A model generated the notes under the pieces. The model saw only the letters and a list, made by a program, of their open reading frames with translations, had not been told where the DNA came from and did no database searches. Shown here in pieces: positions 14,460 to 24,171 of a stretch of 50,744 bases of DNA. The stretch lies in the IMG/VR virus record IMGVR_UViG_3300002091_000004. One strand, given 5' to 3'. The translations under genes and the position numbers were made by a program. The DNA is from a virus. How positions within the stretch are numbered: position 1 is the first letter of the stretch; the number at the start of each line of letters is the position of its first letter.

Positions 14460-16313
14460 ATGAATATTATCGTCCTTGATAGTGAAAGTGATGGGCTGTG
14501 GGAAGAAGCCACCAAAATTCATGTCCTGTCTTGGACGGATGATGGGGTAAACTTTCAGTCTACTAATGACTACGATACAATGCGAAAGGTACTAAGTGTA
14601 CCAAATACTAAGTATGTTGCACACAATTCAATTCGTCACGATTTGCCTTTGTTTAACAAGTTGCTTGGAACTGAACTAACTTACCGTGATTTCATTGACA
14701 GCCTTGCACTCTCTTGGTATCTAAGCCCTGAGCGCCCTAAGCATGGTATTGAAAGCTATGGTATTGACTTCAAGGTTCCTAAACCTAAAGTAACTGATTG
14801 GGAAAATCTTTCCTATGAAGAGTACAAACATCGTTGCGAAGAAGATGTTAAGATCAACTGGCTCTTGTGGAAAGATCAAGAGAGAAAGCTAACCGCTTTG
14901 TATAAAGGCGGTGATATGAACCAGTTTATCGAGTACTTGTCCTTCAAGATGGATTGTGCAAGGGAACAAGAACTAATCAAAGTACGTCTTGATGTTGACC
15001 TTTGTACAAAGTCTTATGAAACGCTCCTTCAACAGAAGGAAGAGAAGACTGTAGAACTTTCTAAGGCTATGCCTAAGAAGCCTATCTACAAAGAGGTCAA
15101 AGAGCCTGCCAGTATCTATAAGAAAGATGGCTCTTTGTCTGTGGCAGGTAAGAAGTGGTTGGATACCCTGATCACATTGAAACTACCACATAATACTAAG
15201 GGTTCCTTTAACATTATTGACCACTATGAAGAGGGAAATCCTAACAGCCCTGATCAGGTCAAAGAGTGGCTTCATAGTTTGGGTTGGAAACCACAGACCT
15301 TCAAGTATGTGAAGGACAAGACTACAGGCAAAGAAAGGATGGTTGAACAAGTCAGAGACGAAGGGGAACTTTGTGAAAGTGTAACCGATCTAATCGAAAA
15401 AGACCCCGCAGTGGAAATTTTGGAGGGTTTGACTGTTATCAGTCATCGTCTTTCAATCTTCAAATCCTTCTTGGAGTGCCACAAAGATGGTTGGCTTAAA
15501 GCTGAGATTGCAGGCCTTACTAATACGCTTCGCTTTAAGCACTCTAAACCTCTTGTCAATCTTCCCGGTGTAGACAAGCCTTGGGGTAAAGAGATTAGAG
15601 GTTGTTTGCTACCACCTGAAGGTTATGTTTGGGCGGGTAGTGATATGGTAAGTCTTGAGGATACTACTAAACGTCACTACATGATGCCTCTAGACCCCAG
15701 TTATGTTACAGAAATGAGCGCACCCGGTTTTGACCCTCACCTTAATCTTGCTCACTTTGCAGGAGTAGTCACACAAGAGCAGATTGACCTATACAACGAT
15801 GGTAAGTTGAACCTTAAGCCCATCCGTAAAAAATACAAAGCCGCTAACTATAGCTGTATCTATGGTGTAGGTAAGGCAAAACTTGCTAGGACCCTTGATA
15901 TCCCTGTGAAGGAAGCTGAAGGCCTTATTGAGGCATATTGGAGGCGCAATTGGTCAATCAAGCGTGTCTCTGAAAGCCAGAAGGTAAAGATTGTAGACTC
16001 TCAAATGTGGCTACAAAACCCTGTCTCTGGTTTCTGGCATAATCTTCGTGCTGAGAAAGATATCTTCTCAACTCTTAATCAAAGTACAGGTGTTTACTGT
16101 TTTGATACTTGGCTTTACTTTTCACGTCTACTTGGGCTTTCTGCTTCCTTCCAGTTTCACGACGAACAAGGTGTAGCTGTCAAGATTGGCGAAGAAGACT
16201 TTGCAAGAGAATCGTTGAAAGATGCTATCGGATATGTTAATAAGAAGCTTAAGCTGAATGTGTTGCTTGATGTTGACGTTCAGTTGGGCAAAAATTATGG
16301 TGAAGTTCATTGA
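14460..16313 (+). CDS. Family A DNA polymerase with 3'-5' exonuclease domain
   Basis: ExoI VLDSESDGL, motif A GSDMVSLED, motif B RKKYKAANYSCIYGVG, motif C QFHDEQ; TTG at 14451 is an alternative start. Confidence 0.9.
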   Translation: MNIIVLDSESDGLWEEATKIHVLSWTDDGVNFQSTNDYDTMRKVLSVPNTKYVAHNSIRHDLPLFNKLLGTELTYRDFIDSLALSWYLSPERPKHGIESYGIDFKVPKPKVTDWENLSYEEYKHRCEEDVKINWLLWKDQERKLTALYKGGDMNQFIEYLSFKMDCAREQELIKVRLDVDLCTKSYETLLQQKEEKTVELSKAMPKKPIYKEVKEPASIYKKDGSLSVAGKKWLDTLITLKLPHNTKGSFNIIDHYEEGNPNSPDQVKEWLHSLGWKPQTFKYVKDKTTGKERMVEQVRDEGELCESVTDLIEKDPAVEILEGLTVISHRLSIFKSFLECHKDGWLKAEIAGLTNTLRFKHSKPLVNLPGVDKPWGKEIRGCLLPPEGYVWAGSDMVSLEDTTKRHYMMPLDPSYVTEMSAPGFDPHLNLAHFAGVVTQEQIDLYNDGKLNLKPIRKKYKAANYSCIYGVGKAKLARTLDIPVKEAEGLIEAYWRRNWSIKRVSESQKVKIVDSQMWLQNPVSGFWHNLRAEKDIFSTLNQSTGVYCFDTWLYFSRLLGLSASFQFHDEQGVAVKIGEEDFARESLKDAIGYVNKKLKLNVLLDVDVQLGKNYGEVH

Positions 16314-16332
16314 AAAATACCCTTTAGTCTAC

Positions 16333-16360
16333 TTGACTTTTGAAATACAACACCTATATC
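16333..16360 (+). promoter_or_regulatory. sigma70-like promoter
   Basis: TTGACT - 16 nt - TATATC. Confidence 0.45.
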
Positions 16361-16457
16361 ATACTTCCTAGCGGGAAATAAGCTTGCTAGGAAGCAAAAC
16401 CCCGACAAACATCGGCCACGAAAAATTGGTCAAAACATAACAGGAATACAGGAAAAC

Positions 16458-16970
16458 ATGGCTACTAATACCAAATACAAAGAAGTTACCACCGTTGGTC
16501 CGATTGAATGGGCACGTATCTTTGAAGACAATCGGGATATGGAAGGTTATGAAGGCGCTTATGCCGATTGTGAAGGCGCATATACGGTAACTCAAATCCT
16601 TGCCAAGGATCAGTATGAAAAGCTGAAAAAGGCTGGCTCAATGAAGAAGCCTATCCAATCTCGTATGATGGATGGTGTTATTGCCATTAAGTTTGAACGT
16701 AAGCATCTTGTCACTACGAAGTCTGGTGATGTTATCGCTAAGGCTGGTGGAGCGCCAAAGGTCACTAACGCTGCGGGTAAGCCTTGGAGTGTTGAAGATG
16801 ATGGCCTGATTGGTAATGGGACTATTGCTGAAATTACCCATCTGGTTCAGACTTTCCCAGTTAAAGACCCTAAGACTGGTAAAGATAGCACTGCTTCTCG
16901 GACTTCTTTGCAGAAGATTAAAATCGTTGATCATGTTGTTTATGAACGCCAAGAAGAGGATGCAGCATAA
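16458..16970 (+). CDS. Single-stranded DNA-binding protein (T7 gp2.5-like)
   Basis: 170 aa, acidic C-terminus EEDAA, placed between polymerase and nuclease genes; resemblance by eye. Confidence 0.5.
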   Translation: MATNTKYKEVTTVGPIEWARIFEDNRDMEGYEGAYADCEGAYTVTQILAKDQYEKLKKAGSMKKPIQSRMMDGVIAIKFERKHLVTTKSGDVIAKAGGAPKVTNAAGKPWSVEDDGLIGNGTIAEITHLVQTFPVKDPKTGKDSTASRTSLQKIKIVDHVVYERQEEDAA

Positions 16971-17155
16971 TGGATTATTTGTTCAATATGTTTGACCAAG
17001 AAACTGGTTTTGAAGTTGTTGTCAAACGGGATAGCATTGACGATATCAATGATGTTCTTGAACTCTTCTACACCTTCCTTCATGGTTGTGGTTATACCTA
17101 TGTAAGTAGGGTTGGTGTGCAGTTCGATAATAAAGATGAAAAATGGACCCTCTAA
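16970..17155 (+). CDS. Hypothetical protein
   Basis: 61 aa, TAATG overlap with the SSB stop. Confidence 0.45.
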   Translation: MDYLFNMFDQETGFEVVVKRDSIDDINDVLELFYTFLHGCGYTYVSRVGVQFDNKDEKWTL

Positions 17156-17298
17156 TGTTTATGCAAATTTTTGCTTCGGTACTAGTGGTGCTCAACGTTA
17201 TTGCCGCAGTATTTACTTCTGATGAACAAAAGGAAACAAACTACTTGCTTTGGGCAATTTTGATTGCTTTTCCTTTGTATCTTGGAGCCTATAAGTGA
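17155..17298 (+). CDS. Hypothetical 47-aa membrane peptide
   Basis: Below cutoff; TAATG start overlap, stop overlaps the thyX GTG; two hydrophobic stretches. Confidence 0.35.
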   Translation: MFMQIFASVLVVLNVIAAVFTSDEQKETNYLLWAILIAFPLYLGAYK

Positions 17299-17963
17299 CC
17301 ACAATTAATGCTAAACTGGTAGCCCTCACCCAACCAACTATTGGGGTGGGGGCCGGTAATGCAGAATCCTTTGTTGCTTATTGTGCAAGGATTTCTAATC
17401 CCTCTAATCAAGAGAATCCAGATTATGAAAAACTTCTAGCCTATTGTGTAAAGCATAAACATTGGTCAATCTTTGAAATGGCTAATGCTGTTGTAGAAGT
17501 TGAAGCCCCTCGGGACATTACTCGTCAACTTCTTCGTCATCGTTCTTTCTCATTCCAAGAATTTAGTCAACGGTACTCTGACGAGATTGAGTTTACTACT
17601 CGGGAAGTTCGTGGACAAGATTTTAAGAATCGTCAAAACTCTTTGGACAATATTAGTGAAGAGTTGAAAGGGGATGCTGCTGTTGGGCTTAAGCAAGTAA
17701 AAGACCGTGCATATGGTGAGTATCTATACCTTCTGAATGAGGGTGTGGCTAAGGAGTGTGCAAGGGTAGTCCTTCCTGAAGGACTTACTATGAGCCGCCT
17801 ATATGTTAATGGAACCTTGCGTTCTTGGATTCACTATCTTGAAGTACGCGATGATCCCGGTGTAACTCAATGGGAACATGTATTGCTTGCTCGAAAGATT
17901 AAAGAGGTGCTGCTTCCAGCTTTCCCAACTGTCTTTAAGACCTTGGATAGTTTGAATGGCTGA
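17295..17963 (+). CDS. thyX: FAD-dependent thymidylate synthase
   Basis: ThyX signature RHRSFSFQEFSQRY; GTG start. Confidence 0.9.
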   Translation: MTTINAKLVALTQPTIGVGAGNAESFVAYCARISNPSNQENPDYEKLLAYCVKHKHWSIFEMANAVVEVEAPRDITRQLLRHRSFSFQEFSQRYSDEIEFTTREVRGQDFKNRQNSLDNISEELKGDAAVGLKQVKDRAYGEYLYLLNEGVAKECARVVLPEGLTMSRLYVNGTLRSWIHYLEVRDDPGVTQWEHVLLARKIKEVLLPAFPTVFKTLDSLNG

Positions 17964-18120
17964 AGAAATTATTCTGACAACTTTACAAATTGCTCATATT
18001 AATGGGTTGTTTGCTAGAAACAAGAAAGCTAAACAAATCAGCCTTTCTATGCAGGAAGGAGAATTGATTATTAAACTTCAATCTCCAAAAAAGGTAAAGG
18101 TTAATAAGAATGCAGACTAA
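17956..18120 (+). CDS. Hypothetical protein (54 aa)
   Basis: Below cutoff; fills the 17963-18110 gap and overlaps both neighbours. Confidence 0.35.
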   Translation: MAEEIILTTLQIAHINGLFARNKKAKQISLSMQEGELIIKLQSPKKVKVNKNAD

Positions 18121-18349
18121 GATTCAGGCTATTAAAACCCTATTGAACGGTTTTGATTATACTTGTCTTGTGGAGGAAGTTTTCCAAAAAGAACTTGAAA
18201 TGTTTTACAACGATCTTCATAACCCTCTATATTGTAAAGAGGGACTTGGTGAAAAGGAAAGAAATACTCTTAAAAAAGCTGTTTTGAGTCTTTATGAACA
18301 CTATTTTGGGACAAACAGGACCGCTATCCTTAAGGGCGCTTATAAATGA
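18110..18349 (+). CDS. Hypothetical protein
   Basis: 79 aa ORF. Confidence 0.5.
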   Translation: MQTKIQAIKTLLNGFDYTCLVEEVFQKELEMFYNDLHNPLYCKEGLGEKERNTLKKAVLSLYEHYFGTNRTAILKGAYK

Positions 18350-19038
18350 AGCTTCTCATTGATATGGATATTATTGCATATCATGCAGTCTTTTCTGCTG
18401 ATGGTGATACTGTCTCTGGTGTTGTTGATAAGATTGACAGCATTATGGAGAAAATCCTTTCAGCCACAGAAGTCCCTTGTGAATATCAAGGATACCTTAC
18501 TGGTAAAGGCAACTTTAGACATGAGATTTCTGACGTATATAAAGCCCAACGTCCCAAGGAAAAGCCTATCTTGTTGAACTTCGCTAGAAACTATCTGGTA
18601 GAAGAGTGGGATGCAATCATCATTGAGGGCCAAGAAGCTGACGATGCTATTGCTATTGAGGCTGCTAGGATCGGATATGATGAAGCAATCATTGTGTCTA
18701 TTGACAAAGACTTCAAGCAACTGCCTTGCCTTATCTATAACTATCAAAAAGACACTTGGCATAAGATAGGGGAATGGGAAGCTACCCTTAACTTCTATCT
18801 TCAAGTTCTGACAGGGGATAGGGCTGACAATATCAAGGGTGTTGATGGTATTGGTCCAGTTAAGGCAATGAAGCTTTTGTCTGGTTGCTTTGACGAGAAA
18901 AGCCTTTACAAAGCCTGTCTAGTAGCATATGACAATAAAGCAGATGAAGTTCTGAAGAGTGCGAGGTTGCTGTGGTTGCGACGAGAAGAAGGTCAAATGT
19001 GGGAACCGCCTTTTCTAGGGGATACCGTTCAGGCCTAG
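18346..19038 (+). CDS. 5'-3' exonuclease / flap endonuclease (T7 gp6-like)
   Basis: EADDAIA, SIDKDF, GDRADNIKGVDGIGPVKA helix-hairpin-helix region. Confidence 0.8.
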   Translation: MKLLIDMDIIAYHAVFSADGDTVSGVVDKIDSIMEKILSATEVPCEYQGYLTGKGNFRHEISDVYKAQRPKEKPILLNFARNYLVEEWDAIIIEGQEADDAIAIEAARIGYDEAIIVSIDKDFKQLPCLIYNYQKDTWHKIGEWEATLNFYLQVLTGDRADNIKGVDGIGPVKAMKLLSGCFDEKSLYKACLVAYDNKADEVLKSARLLWLRREEGQMWEPPFLGDTVQA

Positions 19039-19376
19039 AAAATAAAGTAGCCAAGCAACTTGAAGAGGCTGGTGTCAAGTTTGAGTATGAAACCACAAAA
19101 ATCAAGTATAAAGTGGAAGAAGAAAGAACTTATACACCAGACTTCGTACTTCCTAATGGCATTATTGTAGAGACTAAAGGCAGATTTGTGACTGAGGATA
19201 GGATGAAGCACCTTAAGATAAAGTTGCAATATCCTGACAAAGACATACGATTTGTCTTTACAAACTCTAAGAATAAGATTAGAAAGAACTCGCCTACCAG
19301 TTATGCAGACTGGTGTACCAAGAACGGCTTTAAGTTTGCTGACAAACTAATCCCAATGGAGTGGATCAATGAGTAA
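18999..19376 (+). CDS. Holliday-junction resolvase, T7 endonuclease I-like
   Basis: Near-colinear resemblance to T7 gp3: SGLENKVAKQLEEAGVKFEYE..YTPDFVLPNGIIVETKG..SPTSYADWCTKNGFKFADKLIPMEWI; GTG 18999 after GAAGAAGG (track start 18972 also possible). Confidence 0.85.
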   Translation: MGTAFSRGYRSGLENKVAKQLEEAGVKFEYETTKIKYKVEEERTYTPDFVLPNGIIVETKGRFVTEDRMKHLKIKLQYPDKDIRFVFTNSKNKIRKNSPTSYADWCTKNGFKFADKLIPMEWINE

Positions 19377-19611
19377 TGATATGCTGCTTATTTGGAGCAT
19401 TATTGAAGGTCCCTTTTCAAGTCAAGATGTTGAAGGTTGGGATCAAGAAGAAGATGGCCCTGATTGCTGGATTATTGTGGCTCAGACAGAAACGAGTTAT
19501 GGTAGTTTAGAAATCAAAGAAATCTACTTTGAAACCTTTGATGGTGCCTATGAACTAGTTAAATATTTCACTCATGGCAGAGCGCCATATGTAATTGAGG
19601 GATGGTCATGA
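19369..19611 (+). CDS. Hypothetical protein
   Basis: 80 aa ORF. Confidence 0.5.
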   Translation: MSNDMLLIWSIIEGPFSSQDVEGWDQEEDGPDCWIIVAQTETSYGSLEIKEIYFETFDGAYELVKYFTHGRAPYVIEGWS

Positions 19612-19811
19612 TAACTGAAGTTTATGCTCTTATTAAAGGTTGGACAGGAGGGGTTCAAACTTGGCCTGTTGCTGTTTTCTCAAGCCTGTATGACCTAGAG
19701 CAGCACATGAAGGATAAAAAAGCTATCCACAACTTTAATGGTAACATTGTTGCAGCTTGGATGGACGAAGACTTTACATACACTTGGGCTAGTGTGGACT
19801 TTTATGGGTAA
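19602..19811 (+). CDS. Hypothetical protein
   Basis: 69 aa ORF. Confidence 0.5.
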   Translation: MVMITEVYALIKGWTGGVQTWPVAVFSSLYDLEQHMKDKKAIHNFNGNIVAAWMDEDFTYTWASVDFYG

Positions 19812-20577
19812 AACAGCTATTGTATATACTTGCGGACATGCCAAGCCTGATGTATCTAATGAACGGTACAACTGGCTTGGTAAGTTGATTGAAGACATTA
19901 AGCCTGATTATGTGGTTGATCTAGGTGATGGGGCTGATATGGCAAGCCTTAACTCCTTTGATAGCCGATATCCACAAGCAATCATGGCTCAAAGCTATGA
20001 GAAAGATATTGAAGCGTATAACGATGCAAATGAGCGCATTTGGGGCCGCTATAGGACTAGCAAAAAGAAACGCCCTTTCAGGATTGGGTTTGAAGGAAAC
20101 CATGAAAACCGTATCAAAAAAGCTTTGGCAACTGATCCTAGACTTGAAGGAAGTAAGTACGGAATTTCTTTTTCCCACTTACAGACCGACTATTGGTTTG
20201 ATGAATACCACGAATACCATAATGCTGGGCCAGCAATCGCTGATTATGATGGTGTTAGCTATTCGCACTATTTTTCTGCTGGAAACTTCGGTTCTGCTAT
20301 GTCTGGCATTCATCATGCTTATGCACTTATCCAAGCTAGGAACCATTCTTCTACTTGCGGCCATAGCCATAAACGTAGTATCTATTTCAAAGACGGAGCG
20401 CATCCATCAGGTATTATTGGACTTGTTGCGGGCTGCTTCAAGGGGGCAGAAGAAGGATGGGCAGGCCAATCAAACCTTGCTTGGGCTAAAGGTGTCGTAA
20501 TTAAACGCAACATTGACCAAGGTATGTATGACTTTCAATGGGTGAGCATGGAGGCTCTGGAAAAGGCTTATGGGTAA
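19804..20577 (+). CDS. Calcineurin-like metallophosphoesterase
   Basis: DLGDGADM, GNHENR, GHSH; internal ATG 19804 overlaps the upstream stop. Confidence 0.65.
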   Translation: MGKTAIVYTCGHAKPDVSNERYNWLGKLIEDIKPDYVVDLGDGADMASLNSFDSRYPQAIMAQSYEKDIEAYNDANERIWGRYRTSKKKRPFRIGFEGNHENRIKKALATDPRLEGSKYGISFSHLQTDYWFDEYHEYHNAGPAIADYDGVSYSHYFSAGNFGSAMSGIHHAYALIQARNHSSTCGHSHKRSIYFKDGAHPSGIIGLVAGCFKGAEEGWAGQSNLAWAKGVVIKRNIDQGMYDFQWVSMEALEKAYG

Positions 20578-21106
20578 ACGTTCAACAAAAGAAACTACTT
20601 TTGTAAAGAAACCGAGGGACTATTATCCTACTATTGACCCTGCTGCTGTATCTGCCCTTCATGGGCATCTACTACCTAATACTTGGTTCATAGAGCCTTG
20701 TGCAGGGGCTGGCGACCTAGCTAAGGGTTTGGTTAAAAAAGAACATCAGTGCGCTGCGCTGTACGATATTGACCCTCAATGGGACCTTGTGGTACAACGT
20801 AGTTGCCTGAGCCTTAGCAAATATGAAGTCACAAGGGCAAGTTGCTTTATTACTAATCCTCCCTTTACTTGGTCTATGCTACAACCTATTATGGACCATC
20901 TAATTAATCTTCTTCCAACTTGGCTGTTGCTACCCGCTGATTATATGCACAATGTTCGTATGGGACCCTATATGAAACAATGTAATAAGGTTATCAGTAT
21001 TGGCAGACTTTACTGGGAAGAAAACAAAGTCAAAGGTGTTGACAACTACTGTTGGTATTCCTTTGATAAAGATCATAATAACAACACTGTTTTTGTGGGA
21101 CGATAA
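20570..21106 (+). CDS. N6-adenine (or N4-cytosine) DNA methyltransferase-like
   Basis: EPCAGAGDL (SAM motif I) followed by ITNPPF (motif IV). Confidence 0.55.
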   Translation: MGKRSTKETTFVKKPRDYYPTIDPAAVSALHGHLLPNTWFIEPCAGAGDLAKGLVKKEHQCAALYDIDPQWDLVVQRSCLSLSKYEVTRASCFITNPPFTWSMLQPIMDHLINLLPTWLLLPADYMHNVRMGPYMKQCNKVISIGRLYWEENKVKGVDNYCWYSFDKDHNNNTVFVGR

Positions 21107-21252
21107 TGAATAAAGAAGATATTAAAAAGCTGATGGAAACTTATGGTTATCAGCGTATCCTTGCAGACCATAATATCTCTTTGTGGAAATCACTTGAAAT
21201 CCTAGATGATCTAGGCTATATTTTTCTTGAGCATTATGAGGACAAAGAATGA
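21106..21252 (+). CDS. Hypothetical protein (48 aa)
   Basis: Below cutoff; TAATG start overlap. Confidence 0.35.
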   Translation: MNKEDIKKLMETYGYQRILADHNISLWKSLEILDDLGYIFLEHYEDKE

Positions 21253-21356
21253 TTGATAATATGATGCTAGCTTCGCTAACAGTAACTTGTATCTCTTTGC
21301 CGATAATTGCAGTAGCTATCTGCTTTGACATTGTTCGGGATATTATTAATGGCTAA
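21249..21356 (+). CDS. Hypothetical 35-aa membrane peptide
   Basis: Below cutoff; ATGA overlap with the previous ORF. Confidence 0.3.
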   Translation: MIDNMMLASLTVTCISLPIIAVAICFDIVRDIING

Positions 21357-21363
21357 ATGGGAA

Positions 21364-21738
21364 ATGAACAATATGACACCTCTCGATATGGTAACGCAGT
21401 TCGCTGTTGCTATGGGACAACCCCTTGGGCTTCCTTGGGTAACTGGTGAAAAAAGCACTGTTGAAAATATGCGGTTCAGACTTATTGAAGAGGAATTTAA
21501 GGAGTTTTCTCTAGAAGACACAGATCTTGTAGCAGCACTTAAAGAACTTGCAGACCTTGTCTACGTGTGCTATGGATATGCTGCCACCTTTGGTTGGGAC
21601 TTGGATGAAGCTGTAAAACGTGTTCATGCTTCTAATATGTCTAAACTTGGGGATGATGGTAATCCTATCAAACGAGAAGATGGTAAGGTCCTTAAAGGGC
21701 CAAACTATAAGAAACCTGACCTAACTGATTTGGTGTAA
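21364..21738 (+). CDS. mazG: MazG-like nucleotide pyrophosphohydrolase
   Basis: EEFKEF and ELADLVYV helices typical of the MazG fold; internal ATG chosen. Confidence 0.7.
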   Translation: MNNMTPLDMVTQFAVAMGQPLGLPWVTGEKSTVENMRFRLIEEEFKEFSLEDTDLVAALKELADLVYVCYGYAATFGWDLDEAVKRVHASNMSKLGDDGNPIKREDGKVLKGPNYKKPDLTDLV

Positions 21739-21739
21739 T

Positions 21740-21904
21740 ATGGCTGACATGGTTCAAATCTCGGTTAAAGAATATCTTTCCCTTAAAGATGATGCTAATT
21801 GGCGAAGGTGCCTTGAAGCTGGTGGGGTAACATCAGACTGGGAATGGTATAGTGAGGCGCTGGATGCAGGCGGCTATTATGAAGAAGAAGAGGACGAAGA
21901 ATGA
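21740..21904 (+). CDS. Hypothetical acidic protein (54 aa)
   Basis: Below cutoff; ATGA overlap with the nrdJ start. Confidence 0.4.
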   Translation: MADMVQISVKEYLSLKDDANWRRCLEAGGVTSDWEWYSEALDAGGYYEEEEDEE

Positions 21905-22870
21905 CTAATTACTTGCCTACAGACTATCAATCTTTTATTGCCACAAGCCGTTATGCACGATGGCTGGATGATGAAAATCGTCGTGAGAATTGGGGAGAGA
22001 CTGTTCAACGTTATATTGACAATCTTGTGGTACCTAAAGCTGATGCCCAAACCACAGAAGAGATTCGTGAAGCTATTCTTAGCCTTGAAGTAATGCCCTC
22101 TATGCGGGCTATGATGACCGCTGGACCTGCTCTACAACGTGATAATACTGCTGGCTATAACTGTGCTTACCTTGCTGTAGATGACCCTAAAGCCTTTGAT
22201 GAAGCTATGTTCATCCTTCTGTGTGGTACTGGTGTAGGGTTCTCTGTGGAACGTCAGTATATCAGTAAGCTGCCCGATGTACCGGATACTATGTTCCAAA
22301 GCGATGACACTATTATTGTAGCTGACAGTAAAGAGGGTTGGGCTAAGGCATTGCGTAAGCTGATTGCTTATCTGTATGCTGGTGAAATCCCTAAGTGGGA
22401 CGTGTCTAAGGTTCGTCCTGCTGGTGCAAAGCTTAAGACCTTTGGTGGTCGTGCTTCAGGTCCTGCACCTTTGATTGACTTGTTTAACTTTACCATCAAC
22501 ACTTTTGTTAACTCTAAAGGTCGTAAACTCTCTTCTATGGATTGCCACGACCTTATGTGCAAGATTGGTGAAGTTGTTGTGGTTGGTGGTGTTCGTCGTT
22601 CAGCTATGATTAGTCTTTCTAATCTGTCTGATGATCGTATGCGACATGCTAAGTCTGGACAGTGGTGGGAAAAGAATGCTCAACGTGCATTGGCTAACAA
22701 CTCAGTTGCTTATACTGAGCGGCCTGACATGGAAACTTTTCTTCGTGAGTGGACTTCTCTTGTTGAGTCTAAGTCTGGTGAACGAGGTATTTTCAGCCGT
22801 CCTGCGTCTAAAAAGCAAGCTGCAAAGAATGGCCGTCGCAACCCTGACTATGAATTTGGTACCAATCCGT
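21901..22870 (+). CDS. nrdJ: Class II (B12-dependent) ribonucleotide reductase, exon 1
   Basis: Ends ..EFGTNP + T; the unspliced frame hits TAA immediately; joins 23045 to give TNP-C-SEI. Confidence 0.85.
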
Positions 22871-23044
22871 AAGCGATAAATGTGCGGATTTAAAACTTCT
22901 CCTGATTGACTTGGAAGGCTGTAGCAAGCCGACAGGGCGCAAGCGTAATGGTAGCGTGAGAGACTAAGCGGAGAAGGCACTAAGACAGTGTATGCGATAG
23001 TCCAGCGCACAAGTGGGTATGCTAATGTAACCCCACAGTGTGAG
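22871..23044 (+). mobile_element. Group I intron 1 (ORF-less, 174 nt)
   Basis: 5' exon AATCCGU pairs with intron GCGGAUU (22884..22890) with U.G at the splice site; last intron base is G; R/S-like core GAGAGACUAAG (22958) and GCGAUAGUCCAG (22994). Confidence 0.8.
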
Positions 23045-23396
23045 GCAGTGAAATTATTCTAAGACCACAACAATTCTGTAATTTGACGGAATCTGTGATT
23101 AGGGCTACAGACACCCTTGATGACTTGATCCGTAAAGTTCGTATCGCAACTATCCTTGGCACTATTCAATCTACATATACTCACTTCCCTTATCTTCGTA
23201 AGTCTTGGAAAGACAATACTGAAGAAGAGCGGCTGTTGGGAGTTAGCTTGACTGGTATTATGGACAATACTCTAACTAACAATCCTTGGGAAAATCTGAA
23301 TGTTATCCTTGATCTTTTGAAGCAAGTTGCTATTGATACTAACAAAGAGTGGGCAGAAAAGCTTGGTATTAATGCTTCTGTGGCTATCACTTGCGT
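23045..23396 (+). CDS. nrdJ: Class II ribonucleotide reductase, exon 2
   Basis: (C)SEIILRPQQFCNLTE... to ...VAITCV; frame continuity with exons 1 and 3. Confidence 0.85.
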
Positions 23397-24171
23397 TGAC
23401 TAATTAGCGCCCTGTTGTGGTAACATAACAGTGAAAATCCTGTGAATTGCTGGAAACCCCTAACGTAAAGACGAGGGCAATCAGCAGCCAAGCCTTGAAA
23501 AAGGAAGGTTCAACGACTATCTACGAAGGTAGAGTAGGATCAAGTGATCCGAAGCGCAGGGCATCCTTATAGGATGATGATATAGTCTAGTCTCCTAAGA
23601 AACTAGGAGCAGTTTAGGTCTAAAAATGTACATAGTCTATAAAGCAACTTATAAAGATAAGTACTATATTGGTTTTACCAATGACTTGTCTAAAAGAATC
23701 TCTTCACACCAGTGTTCAATCAATTCTGGTAAGAAGAGTAAGTTTTATGATTATGCAAGAAAATACAACTTTGATAATTTTGTATTTTCTATAATTGGTG
23801 AGTTTGAAGATAAAGAATCTGCCTTTAGTTTTGAGATTGAGAACATAAAACTTTCTGACCCAAATTGCCTAAATTTGGCAAAAGGTGGTGAAGGTGGTTT
23901 TGTTATACCCGAATATTTACAAGATGGGTGGAAACAAAAACTAAAGGCTGCTAGACAAGGAAGAAAACCTGCCCAAGGTATGTCACACACAGAAGATAAT
24001 AAAAACCTCTTTAGTTTGTGTGGAAAAATTCGTTGGGATAAGTATGGTAGGTACCCAAGTGAAGTGATTTCTTTATCTTTCAAAGATGCTAAACAAAAGT
24101 ATGGCATAAGTAAAACTCATTACTATAGACTTAAACGGGCTGAGAATAACGAACTCAGTTGAATATAAACG
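23397..24171 (+). mobile_element. Group I intron 2 carrying a GIY-YIG endonuclease ORF (775 nt)
   Basis: 5' exon ends in U, intron ends in G; core GGUUCAACGACUAU (23507) and GAUGAUAUAGUC (23576); splicing restores ITCV-KPSGTVSQL; boundary ambiguous by 1 nt (repeated T). Confidence 0.8.
23626..24162 (+). CDS. GIY-YIG homing endonuclease (intron-encoded)
   Basis: YIVYKAT..YYIGFT..SKRISSH..FEIENI..LNLAKGG; stop lies 9 nt before the 3' splice site. Confidence 0.85.
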   Translation: MYIVYKATYKDKYYIGFTNDLSKRISSHQCSINSGKKSKFYDYARKYNFDNFVFSIIGEFEDKESAFSFEIENIKLSDPNCLNLAKGGEGGFVIPEYLQDGWKQKLKAARQGRKPAQGMSHTEDNKNLFSLCGKIRWDKYGRYPSEVISLSFKDAKQKYGISKTHYYRLKRAENNELS

